A stretch of 64,000 nt of DNA from Cyanobacteria bacterium P01_A01_bin.123 (GCA_039815185.1 JBCBZT010000016.1:64001-128000); one strand, 5' to 3'; shown: positions 7,825-18,754, counted from the first letter of the stretch. The notes: generated by a model not told the origin, from the sequence alone. Translations and numbers: made by a program.

Positions 7825-10800
7825 ATGAATAACTACTCACTGCCCCAAAAACAAGGTTTATACGATCCACAGTTTGAGCATGATGCTTGCGGTGTCGGTT
7901 TTGTCGTCCATATGAAGGGAAATCCCTCCCATGACATCGTTGCCCAAGGATTGACCATTCTCCTGAACCTGGATCACCGAGGGGCAGTCGGGGCCGAACC
8001 TAATACTGGGGATGGTGCCGGTATTTTGATACAGCTCCCCCACAAGTTTTTGAAAAAAGTGGCTCTGGCGGACGGCATCACCTTACCCGAACCCGGTTAT
8101 TACGGTGTCGGGATGGTGTATTCATCCCCCGATGCTGATGCTCGTGCCCAAGGTCGCCAAGTTTTTGAAACCTTAGCGGTAGAGGAAGGCATGCAGGTCT
8201 TAGGCTGGCGCGATGTGCCGACCAACGATGCCCCCCTCGGAGAAACCGCCAAGGCCAGTGAACCGTTTATGGCTCAAGTGTTTATCCAAAGACCCGACGG
8301 GTTAGAAGATGATTGGGCCTTTGAACGCAAGCTATATGTACTGCGTAAGCGCTCCCATGGGGCAGTCCGCGAATCCAAAGTGGATCCCTACTGGTATCCT
8401 TCCACGATTTCCTGCCGCAAGATTGTCTACAAAGGCATGTTGATGCCGGCTCAGGTAGGTCAGTATTATCCTGACCTCAGCGATCCCGACATGGAAAGCG
8501 CCTTAGCGCTGGTGCATTCTCGATTCAGCACCAATACCTTTCCTAGCTGGGAGCGATCGCACCCCTATCGCTACATTGCTCACAATGGCGAGATCAACAC
8601 CCTGCGCGGCAACATCAACTGGATGCATGCCCGTCAGTCGATGTTTGAGTCTGAACTGTTTGGCGATGACTTAAAACGAGCCCAGCCCATTATCAATATT
8701 GAAGGCAGCGACTCTACCATTTTTGATAACACGTTGGAGTTGTTGGCCCTGGCCGGACGCTCCTTGCCCCATGCGGTGATGATGATGATCCCAGAACCGT
8801 GGGCGGCCCATGAGTCTATGAGTCCGGAGAAGAAAGCCTTCTATGAATATCACGCTTGTTTGATGGAACCGTGGGACGGCCCCGCTTCCATTGCGTTCAC
8901 CGATGGCAACGTGATGGGTGCCGTACTCGATCGCAACGGTTTACGGCCTTCCCGCTACTACGTCACGAAAGACGACTTGGTGATCATGGCGTCCGAAGCT
9001 GGGGTTCTCCCCATTGAACCCGAGCGAATTGCCCACAAGGGACGGCTCGAACCGGGGCGGATGTTCTTGGTAGACATGAGTCAGGGGCGCATCATTGCCG
9101 ACGAAGAAATCAAGCAGCAGATCGTGACTGCTCGTCCCTATCGCCAGTGGCTTGACCAATATTTAGTGGAGCTTGCCGAGTTGGCAACCGTTCCAGAAGC
9201 CCCTGCTCCTGCGGCTTCTGAAGCACCGCTCCTGACCCGCCAAACCGCCTTTGGCTATACCTTTGAGGAATTGCGGCTGTTGCTCACCCCCATGGCCCAA
9301 AACGGGGTCGAGGCAATTGGAGCCATGGGCACCGATACCCCCCTGGCAGTGTTGTCCAATCGGCCCAAGCTGCTCTACGAATATTTTAAGCAGCTGTTTG
9401 CCCAGGTGACCAATCCCCCGATTGACTCGATTCGGGAAGCCATTATTACGTCGCCAACCACCACGATTGGTTCAGAGCGCAATTTGCTTCAGCCCGAACC
9501 CGAAAGCTGTCGCTTAATCAAGCTCAAAACGCCGATTCTCACTAATGCTGAATTGGCTAAGCTGAAGCACGGTGCGGGTGATTTTAAGGCCGCTACCCTC
9601 TCAACCCTGTTTGATCCCAACCACGGAGAAGCCGGCATAGAAGCCGCGATCGCGTCTCTATGCCAAGCTGCCGACGCCGCGATCGCTGACGGCACCCATA
9701 TTCTCATTCTTTCTGACCGGGGCTTAGATCAGGATCATGCGGCGCTCCCGGCCCTACTCGCCGTTGCCGGACTGCACCACCACCTGATTCGCAACGGCAC
9801 CCGCACCCGCGTGGGATTAGTTCTGGAGTCTGGGGAACCCCGAGAAGTGCATCACTGTGCGGTGCTGATTGGTTATGGCTGCGGCGCGATCAACCCCTAC
9901 CTGGTGTTTGAAACCATCCAGGACATGATTACTGAGGGGCGTTTGCTCAATATCGACTATGTCACGGCCTGCAAGAACTACGTCAAAGCCGTCACCAAAG
10001 GGGTAATCAAAATTGGCTCGAAGATCGGCATCTCGACGATTCAGAGCTATCGCGGGGCGCAAATCTTTGAAGCCATTGGTCTCGATCAGTCGGTGGTCGA
10101 CAAATATTTCACCTGGACAGCGTCGCGCATCCAAGGGTCTAGCCTGGCCGTGATTGCCCAAGAAACCATCCTGCGCCATCGCCATGCCTTCCGCGATCGC
10201 GACATTAGCGAACCCCAAACCCTAGATGTGGGCGGCGAATATCAGTGGCGCAAAGACGGTGAAGCTCACCTACTGAGCCCCACCGCCATTCACAACCTGC
10301 AAAAGGCCGTCCGGGAAGGCAACTACGAACTCTATAAAACCTACGCCGCCGAAGTCAACGACCAGGGTAAAGCCTTCTTCCGCCTGCGCGATCTGCTGGA
10401 ATTCAAACAGCGTGATCCCATTCCGCTAGACGAGGTGGAACCCGTGGAGGCGATCATGAAGCGCTTCAAGACCGGGGCAATGAGCTACGGCTCCATTTCT
10501 AAAGAGGCCCACGAATCCCTCGCGATCGCCATGAACCGCATCGGCGGTCGATCCAATACCGGAGAAGGGGGAGAAGATCCCGAACGCTACACCTGGACCA
10601 ATGAAAAAGGCGACTCTAAAAACAGCGCCATCAAGCAAGTCGCCTCGGGACGGTTCGGCGTGACCAGCCTTTATCTCTCCCAGGCGAAGGAACTGCAAAT
10701 CAAAATGGCCCAGGGGGCAAAACCGGGCGAAGGCGGTCAACTGCCAGGGCGTAAGGTGTACCCCTGGATTGCCAAGGTACGTCACTCGACGCCAGGCGTG

Positions 10801-12420
10801 GGACTCATCTCCCCGCCGCCCCACCACGACATCTATTCCATTGAAGACCTGGCAGAGCTGATCCACGACTTGAAGAACGCTAACCGCGAGGCCCGCGTCA
10901 GCGTCAAGCTAGTGTCTGAGGTCGGCGTCGGCACCATTGCTGCTGGGGTGGCCAAGGCCCATGCTGATGTCGTGCTAATTTCCGGATTTGACGGCGGTAC
11001 CGGAGCCTCTCCCCAAACCTCCATCAAACACGCGGGTTTGCCGTGGGAACTGGGGCTAGCCGAAACCCACCAGACGCTAGTGTTGAACAACCTGCGTAGC
11101 CGCATCGCTGTAGAAACCGACGGCCAAATGAAGACCGGACGCGATGTGGCGATCGCCACCCTGCTCGGAGCCGAAGAATATGGTTTCTCGACTGCGCCCC
11201 TGGTCAGCCTGGGCTGCATCATGATGCGGGTCTGCCACATGAATACCTGCCCCGTCGGCGTTGCCACCCAAAACCCCGATCTGCGCAAACACTTCATGGG
11301 CGACCCCGACTACGTCGTCAACTTCATGACCTTTATCGCCCAAGAAATGCGGGAGTGGATGGCCCAACTGGGCTTCCGCAGCGTCAATGAAATGGTGGGG
11401 CGCACCGATGTACTCGAACCCAAAACTGCCATTGACCACTGGAAAGCCAAAGGCGTGGATCTATCCGCCATTCTCTATCAGCCGAAAGTGGGTCCAGAGG
11501 TGGGACGCTACTGCCAGATTCCCCAAAATCATGGCCTCGACAAGTCCCTGGATATCACCACCCTGCTCGATCTCTGCCAACCCGCTATCGAACGGGGCGA
11601 AAAGGTCAGCGCTACCCTGCCCATCCGCAACACCAACCGCGTCGTCGGCACTATTTTGGGTAACGAAATTTCCAAACGTCATTGGGAAGGGCTCCCGGAA
11701 GATACCGTCCACCTGCACTTCCAGGGCAGTGCTGGGCAAAGCTTTGGGGCATTTGTCCCTAAAGGTGTCACCCTAGAACTTGAAGGCGACGCCAACGATT
11801 ATTTGGGTAAGGGCTTCAGCGGTGGCAAGCTGCTGCTTTATCCCGACAAAGCCGCAACTTTTGTGCCCGAAGAGAATATCATCGCTGGGAATGTTGCTTT
11901 CTATGGGGCGACCGGGGGCGAAGCATACATTCGCGGGATTGCCGGGGAACGGTTCTGCGTACGTAATTCCGGGGTCCACGCGGTGGTAGAAGCAGTGGGC
12001 GATCACGGCTGTGAGTATATGACCGGCGGCAAAGTCGTCATTCTGGGCAAAACCGGGCGCAACTTTGCGGCAGGCATGAGCGGTGGCGTGGCCTACGTGT
12101 TAGACGAGTCCGGTGACTTTGCCACTCGTTGCAACACCGAAATGGTAGATCTCGAATCTCTGGTTGATCCAGAAGAGATCCGCGAGGTGCGCGAGATGAT
12201 TGAAAAGCATCATCACTACACCGGCAGCACCCAAGCCAAGCAGGTGTTAGCTGCTTGGGAAACCACCTTGCCGAAGTTTGTCAGAGTCATGCCCCGCGAC
12301 TATAAGCGGGTGTTGCAGCACATCCAAAAAGCGATCGCAGCTGGACTCAACGGCGACGATGCCCTCTCTGCGGCGTTTGAAGAAAACGCCCGCGACATCG
12401 CCCGCATCAGCGGTAGTTGA
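7825..12420 (+). CDS. gltB: Glutamate synthase large subunit (NADH-GOGAT type, paired with gltD)
   Basis: HDACGVG N-terminal nucleophile Cys, [56 protein letters not shown]e-S motif. Start placed at ATG 7825. Confidence 0.96.
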   Translation: MNNYSLPQKQGLYDPQFEHDACGVGFVVHMKGNPSHDIVAQGLTILLNLDHRGAVGAEPNTGDGAGILIQLPHKFLKKVALADGITLPEPGYYGVGMVYSSPDADARAQGRQVFETLAVEEGMQVLGWRDVPTNDAPLGETAKASEPFMAQVFIQRPDGLEDDWAFERKLYVLRKRSHGAVRESKVDPYWYPSTISCRKIVYKGMLMPAQVGQYYPDLSDPDMESALALVHSRFSTNTFPSWERSHPYRYIAHNGEINTLRGNINWMHARQSMFESELFGDDLKRAQPIINIEGSDSTIFDNTLELLALAGRSLPHAVMMMIPEPWAAHESMSPEKKAFYEYHACLMEPWDGPASIAFTDGNVMGAVLDRNGLRPSRYYVTKDDLVIMASEAGVLPIEPERIAHKGRLEPGRMFLVDMSQGRIIADEEIKQQIVTARPYRQWLDQYLVELAELATVPEAPAPAASEAPLLTRQTAFGYTFEELRLLLTPMAQNGVEAIGAMGTDTPLAVLSNRPKLLYEYFKQLFAQVTNPPIDSIREAIITSPTTTIGSERNLLQPEPESCRLIKLKTPILTNAELAKLKHGAGDFKAATLSTLFDPNHGEAGIEAAIASLCQAADAAIADGTHILILSDRGLDQDHAALPALLAVAGLHHHLIRNGTRTRVGLVLESGEPREVHHCAVLIGYGCGAINPYLVFETIQDMITEGRLLNIDYVTACKNYVKAVTKGVIKIGSKIGISTIQSYRGAQIFEAIGLDQSVVDKYFTWTASRIQGSSLAVIAQETILRHRHAFRDRDISEPQTLDVGGEYQWRKDGEAHLLSPTAIHNLQKAVREGNYELYKTYAAEVNDQGKAFFRLRDLLEFKQRDPIPLDEVEPVEAIMKRFKTGAMSYGSISKEAHESLAIAMNRIGGRSNTGEGGEDPERYTWTNEKGDSKNSAIKQVASGRFGVTSLYLSQAKELQIKMAQGAKPGEGGQLPGRKVYPWIAKVRHSTPGVGLISPPPHHDIYSIEDLAELIHDLKNANREARVSVKLVSEVGVGTIAAGVAKAHADVVLISGFDGGTGASPQTSIKHAGLPWELGLAETHQTLVLNNLRSRIAVETDGQMKTGRDVAIATLLGAEEYGFSTAPLVSLGCIMMRVCHMNTCPVGVATQNPDLRKHFMGDPDYVVNFMTFIAQEMREWMAQLGFRSVNEMVGRTDVLEPKTAIDHWKAKGVDLSAILYQPKVGPEVGRYCQIPQNHGLDKSLDITTLLDLCQPAIERGEKVSATLPIRNTNRVVGTILGNEISKRHWEGLPEDTVHLHFQGSAGQSFGAFVPKGVTLELEGDANDYLGKGFSGGKLLLYPDKAATFVPEENIIAGNVAFYGATGGEAYIRGIAGERFCVRNSGVHAVVEAVGDHGCEYMTGGKVVILGKTGRNFAAGMSGGVAYVLDESGDFATRCNTEMVDLESLVDPEEIREVREMIEKHHHYTGSTQAKQVLAAWETTLPKFVRVMPRDYKRVLQHIQKAIAAGLNGDDALSAAFEENARDIARISGS

Positions 12421-12421
12421 C

Positions 12422-12475
12422 CCGATCCCCCCGGCTACGCTACCCCCCTTATTAAGGGGGGCAGGGGGGGATCGG
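12422..12475. repeat. REP-like nested palindrome, copy 1 (CCCCCCTT-ATT-AAGGGGGG core, GATC ends)
   Basis: CCGATCCCCCCGGCTACGCTACCCCCCTTATTAAGGGGGGCAGGGGGGGATCGG right after the gltB stop; related copy at 19506-19554. Confidence 0.8.
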
Positions 12476-12561
12476 CTGGGTGTCGCCAATGATCAAATTT
12501 TTAACTCGCGTAACCCGCAACCAAACTCGCCTGAACATCACCCCTCACTAAGGACATCACC

Positions 12562-14046
12562 ATGGGAAAACCCACTGGATTTATGGAATATTTGCGGGAG
12601 GTCGCCTCAGAGGTCTCCCCGGTCGATCGGATTCGCAACTGGGATGAATTTCATCTGCCCATGCCGGATGAAAATCTGCAAACCCAGGGTGCTCGCTGTA
12701 TGGATTGCGGCACGCCCTTTTGCCACACAGGCATGGAGATTAACCGTGCTGCCAGCGGTTGCCCGATTAACAACCTGATTCCCGAGTGGAACGATTTGAT
12801 CTATCGGGGTCGCTGGCAAGAAGCCCTCGATCGCCTCCACAAAACCAACAACTTTCCCGAATTTACCGGGCGAGTTTGTCCTGCACCTTGTGAAGGGGCT
12901 TGCGTACTGGGCATTACCAGCCCACCCGTGACCATTAAAAACATTGAGTATTCCATCGCTGAAAAGGGTTGGGAATCGGGCTGGATCACCCCTAATCCCC
13001 CCAAGCAGCGCACAGGCAAGAAAGTGGCTGTAATTGGCTCTGGCCCCGCCGGACTCGCCGCCGCTGCCCAACTCAACAGTGCGGGCCACTGGGTCACCGT
13101 TTACGAACGTGCCGATCGCCCCGGTGGTTTGTTGATGTACGGCATCCCCAACATGAAGCTGGAGAAGCAGAAAGTCGTCATGCGTCGTTTGGACGTGCTG
13201 GAAGCCGAAGGCGTCACCTTTGTCTGCAACACCGAAATTGGCAAAGATCTACCCGCTGAGCAACTGGTGAAAGACTACGATGCTGTCTTGCTCTGCACGG
13301 GCTCTACTCGTCCTCGGGATTTGCCGATCGAAGGCCGAGACCTCAAGGGCATCCATTTTGCGATGGAGTTTCTCAAGGCCAATACCCAAGCCGTCATTGA
13401 TCAGACTCCTGGTCGCGATTACATTTCTGCTGCGAGTAAAGATGTGGTGATTATTGGTGGGGGTGATACCGGTACAGACTGTGTTGGCACCTCCATCCGC
13501 CACGGCTGCCAGAGTCTGACCCAGCTCGAAATCATGCCCAAGCCACCCGCCGCGCGCGCGGCCAGCAACCCCTGGCCAGAGTGGCCCAAAATCTACCGCA
13601 TGGACTACGGCCAAGAGGAAGCCGAGGCCATGTTTGGCAATGATCCCCGCGTGTATACCACCACCGCAACCCGGTTTGAAGGGGACGCGCAAGGCCAGGT
13701 TAAAGCCGTTCATACGGTTCAGGTCGAATGGCTGCGGGACGAAAATGGGCGATTTACACCAACGCCTGTTCAAGGCACAGAGAAGGTAATTCCAGCCCAG
13801 CTGGTGCTGTTGGCGATGGGCTTCTTAGGCCCAGAACAGCCGTTGCTTGATGCGTTGGGTCTAGAGCGCGATGGTCGCAGCAATGTGAAGGCTGAGCATG
13901 AGCAATACACCACGAGTATTCCTGGGGTGTTTGCGGCGGGTGATTGCCGCCGGGGACAGAGTTTGGTGGTGTGGGCTTTTAATGAGGGGCGCGGTGCAGC
14001 GCGTGAATGCGATCGCTATTTGATGGGGGCAACTGAGCTACCCTAG
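12562..14046 (+). CDS. gltD: Glutamate synthase small subunit
   Basis: [63 protein letters not shown]. Confidence 0.96.
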   Translation: MGKPTGFMEYLREVASEVSPVDRIRNWDEFHLPMPDENLQTQGARCMDCGTPFCHTGMEINRAASGCPINNLIPEWNDLIYRGRWQEALDRLHKTNNFPEFTGRVCPAPCEGACVLGITSPPVTIKNIEYSIAEKGWESGWITPNPPKQRTGKKVAVIGSGPAGLAAAAQLNSAGHWVTVYERADRPGGLLMYGIPNMKLEKQKVVMRRLDVLEAEGVTFVCNTEIGKDLPAEQLVKDYDAVLLCTGSTRPRDLPIEGRDLKGIHFAMEFLKANTQAVIDQTPGRDYISAASKDVVIIGGGDTGTDCVGTSIRHGCQSLTQLEIMPKPPAARAASNPWPEWPKIYRMDYGQEEAEAMFGNDPRVYTTTATRFEGDAQGQVKAVHTVQVEWLRDENGRFTPTPVQGTEKVIPAQLVLLAMGFLGPEQPLLDALGLERDGRSNVKAEHEQYTTSIPGVFAAGDCRRGQSLVVWAFNEGRGAARECDRYLMGATELP

Positions 14047-14117
14047 ACAACAGCAAGCGATTGCGCTGACAGTTCTTATTGATCAAATCCTGGTAGTCAG
14101 TCTTAGAGGGTAGCGGT

Positions 14118-14420
14118 GTGGCAACGGACATGCTCAAGCGTAGCGCTGTCTTAGCAGCGCTGCGTCAACTCAAGCCAATATTGGTTAAGGAGTACGGTGT
14201 TACTCGTTTAGGCATTTTTGGCTCGGTTGCCAGAGGCGAAGCGACCGAGAGCAGCGACGTGGATGTGGTGGTGGAGATGTCTCCTGATTTGTTCAGGATG
14301 GTGCATCTTAAAAGCTATCTTCAGGAAAGCCTCCAGATACCAGTTGATTTGGTGAGGTACCGCCCTGACATGAACAATTTCTTGAAACAGCGCATAGAAC
14401 AAGAAGCCATGTATGTCTGA
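14118..14420 (+). CDS. Minimal nucleotidyltransferase (MNT/MntA-type antitoxin)
   Basis: 100 aa with IFGSVARGE...SDVDVVV (GS-X10-DxD) and VDLV motifs. Confidence 0.88.
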   Translation: MATDMLKRSAVLAALRQLKPILVKEYGVTRLGIFGSVARGEATESSDVDVVVEMSPDLFRMVHLKSYLQESLQIPVDLVRYRPDMNNFLKQRIEQEAMYV

Positions 14421-14484
14421 TTTAGCCCTGCTGCAAAAACTAGGATCCGCAGCGATCGCACTATTAGGGTTTAGGTTGGAATAG
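14413..14484 (+). pseudogene. Possible 5' stub of the cognate HEPN (DUF86) toxin gene
   Basis: An ATG overlapping the MNT stop (ATGTCTGA) gives MSDLALLQKL, then passes through a HIP1 site and stops after 23 codons. No RX4H motif. Confidence 0.4.
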
Positions 14485-14516
14485 TCAACTCAGGATTGGA
14501 TATCAACGGTAAATGG

Positions 14517-14546
14517 TGTTGGGTTTTATGCTTCGACCTAACCTAC
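14517..14546 (-). repeat. Degenerate GTAG-type REP palindrome
   Basis: Minus strand GTAGGTTAGGTCGAAGCATAAAACCCAACA; related element at 61032-61062. Confidence 0.55.
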
Positions 14547-14599
14547 AAGATCAGGCGATCGCACTGTCTTAATAGTTAAGATGATCAAAAAGGGGACTC

Positions 14600-15346
14600 T
14601 TGATGAAGCTTTGTATTGCTCAGACTTTGTCAAAAAAAGGTGACATTGAAGCAAATTTGGAAAATCACCTTAAGTTGATTGATTTGGCAATTTCTTGTGA
14701 ATCTGATTTGGTTATTTTCCCGGAGCTGTCGTTGACCAATTATGAGCCAGAGCTTGCCAAAGAATTAGCCACTCATATCGATGACCCTAGATTAGATGTC
14801 TTACAGAATATTTCGGATATAAATTGTCTTACGATCGGAGTTGGGATACCCATAGTCAATGACGCGGGTATCTCTATTTCAATGATTGTTTTCCAGCCAA
14901 ATAAACCTCGTGGAATATACTCGAAAAAGTACTTGCATTCAGACGAAGAAGAATTTTTCATCAGTGGAAATAGTAGTCTAGAAATTCTTGAGTCAGAACA
15001 CAATGTTGGTTTGGCTATTTGTTACGAGCTATCCGTTCCAGTTCATGCTGACGCTGCTTATCAGAAAGGTGCAGACATCTATTTTGCCAGTGTAGCGAAG
15101 ACGCCAAATGGGGTGGAGGATTCTATGACAAAGCTTTCGGGAATAGCAAGGAATTTTTCTATGGTTGTTCTTATGTCTAACTGCGTAGGTGAGTGTGAGG
15201 GAACCGAGGCCGGTGGAAGGTCGTCCATTTTCAGTCGTGCCGGAGAGCTAGTTGCCCAACTCGATGATAAGAATGAAGGTATATTGGTCTATGATACGGT
15301 TGCGGGCTCAGTTGTTAAGAAACAAGTGGCGCGAGCACAACGTTAA
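14600..15346 (+). CDS. Carbon-nitrogen hydrolase (nitrilase/amidase superfamily)
   Basis: Catalytic triad motifs IFPEL (Glu), YSKKYL (Lys), AICYE (Cys). Confidence 0.88.
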   Translation: MMKLCIAQTLSKKGDIEANLENHLKLIDLAISCESDLVIFPELSLTNYEPELAKELATHIDDPRLDVLQNISDINCLTIGVGIPIVNDAGISISMIVFQPNKPRGIYSKKYLHSDEEEFFISGNSSLEILESEHNVGLAICYELSVPVHADAAYQKGADIYFASVAKTPNGVEDSMTKLSGIARNFSMVVLMSNCVGECEGTEAGGRSSIFSRAGELVAQLDDKNEGILVYDTVAGSVVKKQVARAQR

Positions 15347-15363
15347 TTTGACCCGACCGCCCA

Positions 15364-16110
15364 TTAAACAAGGCTCTGTATACACTCAAAATCAGTCTGC
15401 TCTAAGGGCAATGTAGGTTGCTGACGATAATCAACCGTCAGATCTAGAGCTGCTGATTGATACACAACTTGAATCAATTCATTGAGATCAATCGCAGGTT
15501 CTTGAACACCCGATCGGAGTGGAATTTCAAAACAGGGCGACGGGTCACACAGATTAAAAGGATAAAGTTGCGCAATCGGGCGTTGTTCAACCCGACTGAC
15601 AAGCACCCAGTAATCCGAAGTCTTACCATAGTTTATCGGCAGCGGTTCTCCACCGCGCAACAAATCAATTTCGACTAAATGGCTCTGACTACTGAGAACT
15701 TTAGTGCGTTTACTGAGATATTGATTACGGCCTTCTCCTGAACGTTTGTTTTTCGGAAACAAAACCTCAATAACAGTGACCACTTCTCCAGTAGCAATTG
15801 CTCGGATTTCCAAGTAGCGTTCGACCGTTGCAGCCAATTCTGGCAATTCAACCAGAACTGGCTGACTCAAAGTCACTGTCGATGTTTGGAGTTCAACCTG
15901 TGAAGCGGCCTGTTGTCGCACCACGGATACATCAGGTGCGTCTACTAAAACTGATTCCTCATATACTCGCTTTTCAACGGCTGCTCGATATTTGGGTGTA
16001 ATGTGTAAATTCAGCATTCTCGCCAATTCCACAATCAACCAAGCGTGAACCTCCGACCAAAGCGCGGGGGATTCTAGATAAGGGTTTATGCCAGGGAAAG
16101 GCGATCGCAT
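15364..16110 (-). CDS. DUF4058 family protein
   Basis: SPFPGINPYLE...WSEVH, PDVSV, ERYLEIR, IEVLxPKNK, HLVEIDLLRGG. Confidence 0.85.
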   Translation of the reverse strand: MRSPFPGINPYLESPALWSEVHAWLIVELARMLNLHITPKYRAAVEKRVYEESVLVDAPDVSVVRQQAASQVELQTSTVTLSQPVLVELPELAATVERYLEIRAIATGEVVTVIEVLFPKNKRSGEGRNQYLSKRTKVLSSQSHLVEIDLLRGGEPLPINYGKTSDYWVLVSRVEQRPIAQLYPFNLCDPSPCFEIPLRSGVQEPAIDLNELIQVVYQSAALDLTVDYRQQPTLPLEQTDFECIQSLV

Positions 16111-16178
16111 CAGTAGCCCTCACCCAAGAGGAATGCTCAGCTATCCACCATCGTAGCTGACAAGCCCAGGTGAAAAAC

Positions 16179-16376
16179 TCAACTAGCAATACGCCTTACT
16201 TTTCGGGTGCATCGACGAGACACCCAACCGCCACTGGTCAACTTTATCCAGCCATTGGCATAATCGCCGCTAGGACAAAATACCGTTTTGTTGGCCAAGC
16301 TAGACACAACGTCATATTTCAAGCCAGGGCCAGATCTAACTTTGAGTGAGCGACCATAGGTGGCGACTCGTAGCAT
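16179..16376 (-). pseudogene. Isolated bacterial SH3 (SH3b) domain, probably a gene fragment
   Basis: LKVRSGPGLKYDVVSSL...NGWIKLTSGGWVS. The upstream part of the tracked ORF overlaps a terminator and looks non-coding. Confidence 0.55.
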
Positions 16377-16523
16377 TGGAGTATCTGCGATTGAGCCAAG
16401 ATCTGAAGACGCAGAGTTTGCTGTTCGAGGCGACTCGTATTGCACAGCGTATTGAAGTAGGGCGTAACTTTCCAAGGGAGACCTCCTGATTGAAGACCGT
16501 AAGGGGCAATGGGTCAACACATT

Positions 16524-16551
16524 AAAAAAGGCACAGTCAAACTGCGCCTTT
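16524..16551 (-). terminator. Intrinsic terminator downstream of moeB
   Basis: Minus strand AAAGGCGCAG-TTTGA-CTGTGCC-TTTTTT. Confidence 0.75.
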
Positions 16552-16635
16552 CCATGTATTTCAAAACGTTCCACTATCAATCAGGATGAAGCTTAGATAA
16601 ACCCTAATGCGGGGTTAGCGGCTTCAAGTCACGTC

Positions 16636-17808
16636 TTAATATTCTGGTACGGAGGCATCGACTTCTCGGCTCCAAGCGGTAATGCCACCTTTGACATTGG
16701 TGCCTTCAATGCCCGACTGCTTGAGAATGGCCAAGGCCTTAGCCGAACGCCCACCCATCTTGCAGTGAGCGATCAGCTTATGGCCGTTGAGCACTTCTTT
16801 GACCTGTTCAACCCCATTGCCATTTTCGATATCGGGTAAAGGAATCAACACCGAACCGGGGATTTTGGCGATGTCGTATTCATTGGGGTTGCGCACATCC
16901 AATAACACATAGTCATCTGCACCACGATCGAGCAGGGCTTTTAGCTCTTGCACCGTCATTTCAGACAATTCAGCTTGTTGTTTGGCTTCTTCCATTTTGG
17001 CTTGGGGAATTCCACAAAAGACTTCGTAGTCGATCAGCTTTTCAATTACGGGACGTTCGGGGTTGGGGCGTAGCTTCAGCTCCCGGAAAGTCATATCTAA
17101 AGAGTTATACAGCAACAACCGCCCGTTCAGGGTTGTGCCTTCACCCAAAATGATTTTGACCGTTTCGGTTGCTTGAATCACGCCAATTAAACCGGGCAAA
17201 ATCCCTAGCACGCCCCCTTCTGCACAGGAGGGCACTAAACCCGGCGGCGGGGGCTCGGGATAGAGGTCTCGGTAATTGGGGCCACCTTCGTAATTAAATA
17301 CGGTTGCCTGGCCTTCAAAGCGATAAATAGAGCCATACACGTTGGGCTTATCAAGCAACACGCAGGCATCGTTGACCAGGTAGCGGGTAGGGAAGTTATC
17401 GGTGCCGTCCACAACGATGTCGTAGGGGCGCATAATATCCAGCGCGTTTTCTGAGCTGAGGCGAGTCTCGTAGAGGTCAACTTTGCAGTTGGGATTGATC
17501 TCCAAAATACGATTCTTCGCCGATTCAATTTTGGGTTTGCCCACCCAGGACGTCCCGTGGATCACCTGGCGCTGGAGGTTAGACTGATCGACCACATCGA
17601 AATCTACAATGCCGATGTGGCCAATGCCGGCAGCAGCCAGATACAGCAGTAAGGGAGAACCTAAGCCCCCAGTACCCACACACAGGACGCTGGCGGCTTT
17701 GAGTTTTTTCTGCCCATCTAAACCGACTTCGGGCAAAATCAGGTGGCGGGAGTAGCGTTCGTACTCCGCTTTGGTGAGTTGAATATCATCCAGATTGGGA
17801 TTGAGCAT
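16636..17808 (-). CDS. moeB: MoeB/MoeZ-type sulfur-carrier adenylyltransferase with C-terminal rhodanese domain
   Basis: RYSRHLIL, VGTGGLGSP, SNLQRQ, DGTDNFPTRY, PSCAEGG, rhodanese AHCKMGGRS. Confidence 0.92.
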   Translation of the reverse strand: MLNPNLDDIQLTKAEYERYSRHLILPEVGLDGQKKLKAASVLCVGTGGLGSPLLLYLAAAGIGHIGIVDFDVVDQSNLQRQVIHGTSWVGKPKIESAKNRILEINPNCKVDLYETRLSSENALDIMRPYDIVVDGTDNFPTRYLVNDACVLLDKPNVYGSIYRFEGQATVFNYEGGPNYRDLYPEPPPPGLVPSCAEGGVLGILPGLIGVIQATETVKIILGEGTTLNGRLLLYNSLDMTFRELKLRPNPERPVIEKLIDYEVFCGIPQAKMEEAKQQAELSEMTVQELKALLDRGADDYVLLDVRNPNEYDIAKIPGSVLIPLPDIENGNGVEQVKEVLNGHKLIAHCKMGGRSAKALAILKQSGIEGTNVKGGITAWSREVDASVPEY

Positions 17809-18079
17809 GGCGATCGCTTGAGCGCTTGAGTATCAGTCAGATTGAGGGGTAAGGAAAGATGAAAACAGATTCTAAACCCTGACCACATCCGACCCAACAG
17901 TTTTACCTGGTCTAACAACTCAGGTTTTCAAATCGGACGTGGCTTATTATTATCACTCCATCATGGCATTCTCTATCATTTTTGTAGCAGGGGGCAATCG
18001 TAAGGATGACATCTGACAGCACAATTGAAGGCGCTGGGCGTTGAGCCTAAGGCATAGTGGGGATGATTAGCTTACTGCG

Positions 18080-18562
18080 TCACTGTAGTTTAGTGTCTAC
18101 GGCGATCGCTTCTTCTACAAACTGCTGATTTTCATCCAAACACCAGCTTTTCAAATCCACTGGGTGTCCCTGTTCTACGGAAACAATGATGTAGGAATAG
18201 TCAGACCAGGCCAGGCGGCGATCGCATTCGGACGGCACCGCCGGATGATCGGGATGGGAATGATAGACCCCGATAATGTTCAGGCCGCGATCGCGGGCCT
18301 CCCGTTGAACCTGTAATAAAGCTTTAGGATCGATCCAATAACGGCGACGCCGATCAAAATCTGGTGCTTCGCCAAGCCCAGGTTCAGTCAGATCGCTAAC
18401 CTCAGCCGACCAGGTATTCTCCACTCGCACAACGTCTTCAACCTGTCTTGTCACTGCTTCAGGCACCAGCGTACCCAGTAGCAATCCACAGCATTCCTGG
18501 GGATACACCTCGATAGCATGGGTGCGAATGGTTTGACGTTGTAGCTCAGTGAGTATCAACAC
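18080..18562 (-). CDS. JAB/MPN+ (M67) metallopeptidase, Mec-like
   Basis: YPQECCG and YHSHPDHPAVPSECD (JAMM motif). Confidence 0.9.
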   Translation of the reverse strand: MLILTELQRQTIRTHAIEVYPQECCGLLLGTLVPEAVTRQVEDVVRVENTWSAEVSDLTEPGLGEAPDFDRRRRYWIDPKALLQVQREARDRGLNIIGVYHSHPDHPAVPSECDRRLAWSDYSYIIVSVEQGHPVDLKSWCLDENQQFVEEAIAVDTKLQ

Positions 18563-18601
18563 GACTAGAGCAGCCTCGAATTCGGCAGTGGAGCAGGCTT
18601 T

Positions 18602-18707
18602 TTATAGCCGTAGCCACAAAGCTTTGTGCGCTAGGCGGGCCAGATTGCTTGTACGCTGAGCATCCCAGCAATACTAGGCGCATTAAGCAATCTGGCCCGC
18701 GCTATAA
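18602..18707. mobile_element. MITE-like element with 16-bp perfect inverted repeat
   Basis: GCGGGCCAGATTGCTT (18635-18650) / AAGCAATCTGGCCCGC (18685-18700); outer TTATAGC...GCTATAA ends. Confidence 0.6.
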
Positions 18708-18754
18708 CTCAGGATACTTGCTGGAAGGGATTCAGAATGGCTCGAGGCACAACC

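Noticed and set aside
7858..13773. Many 60-170 aa antisense or alternate-frame ORFs within gltB/gltD, including 12278-12778
   Set aside because: These are shadow ORFs of GC-rich coding DNA; 12278-12778 simply reads through the REP palindrome.
16377..16580. N-terminal half of the 133-aa SH3 ORF
   Set aside because: It overlaps the moeB terminator, has a weak start and does not look protein-like.
17809..18079. Hidden MoaD/ThiS sulfur-carrier ORF between JAB and moeB
   Set aside because: No ORF of suitable length on the minus strand.
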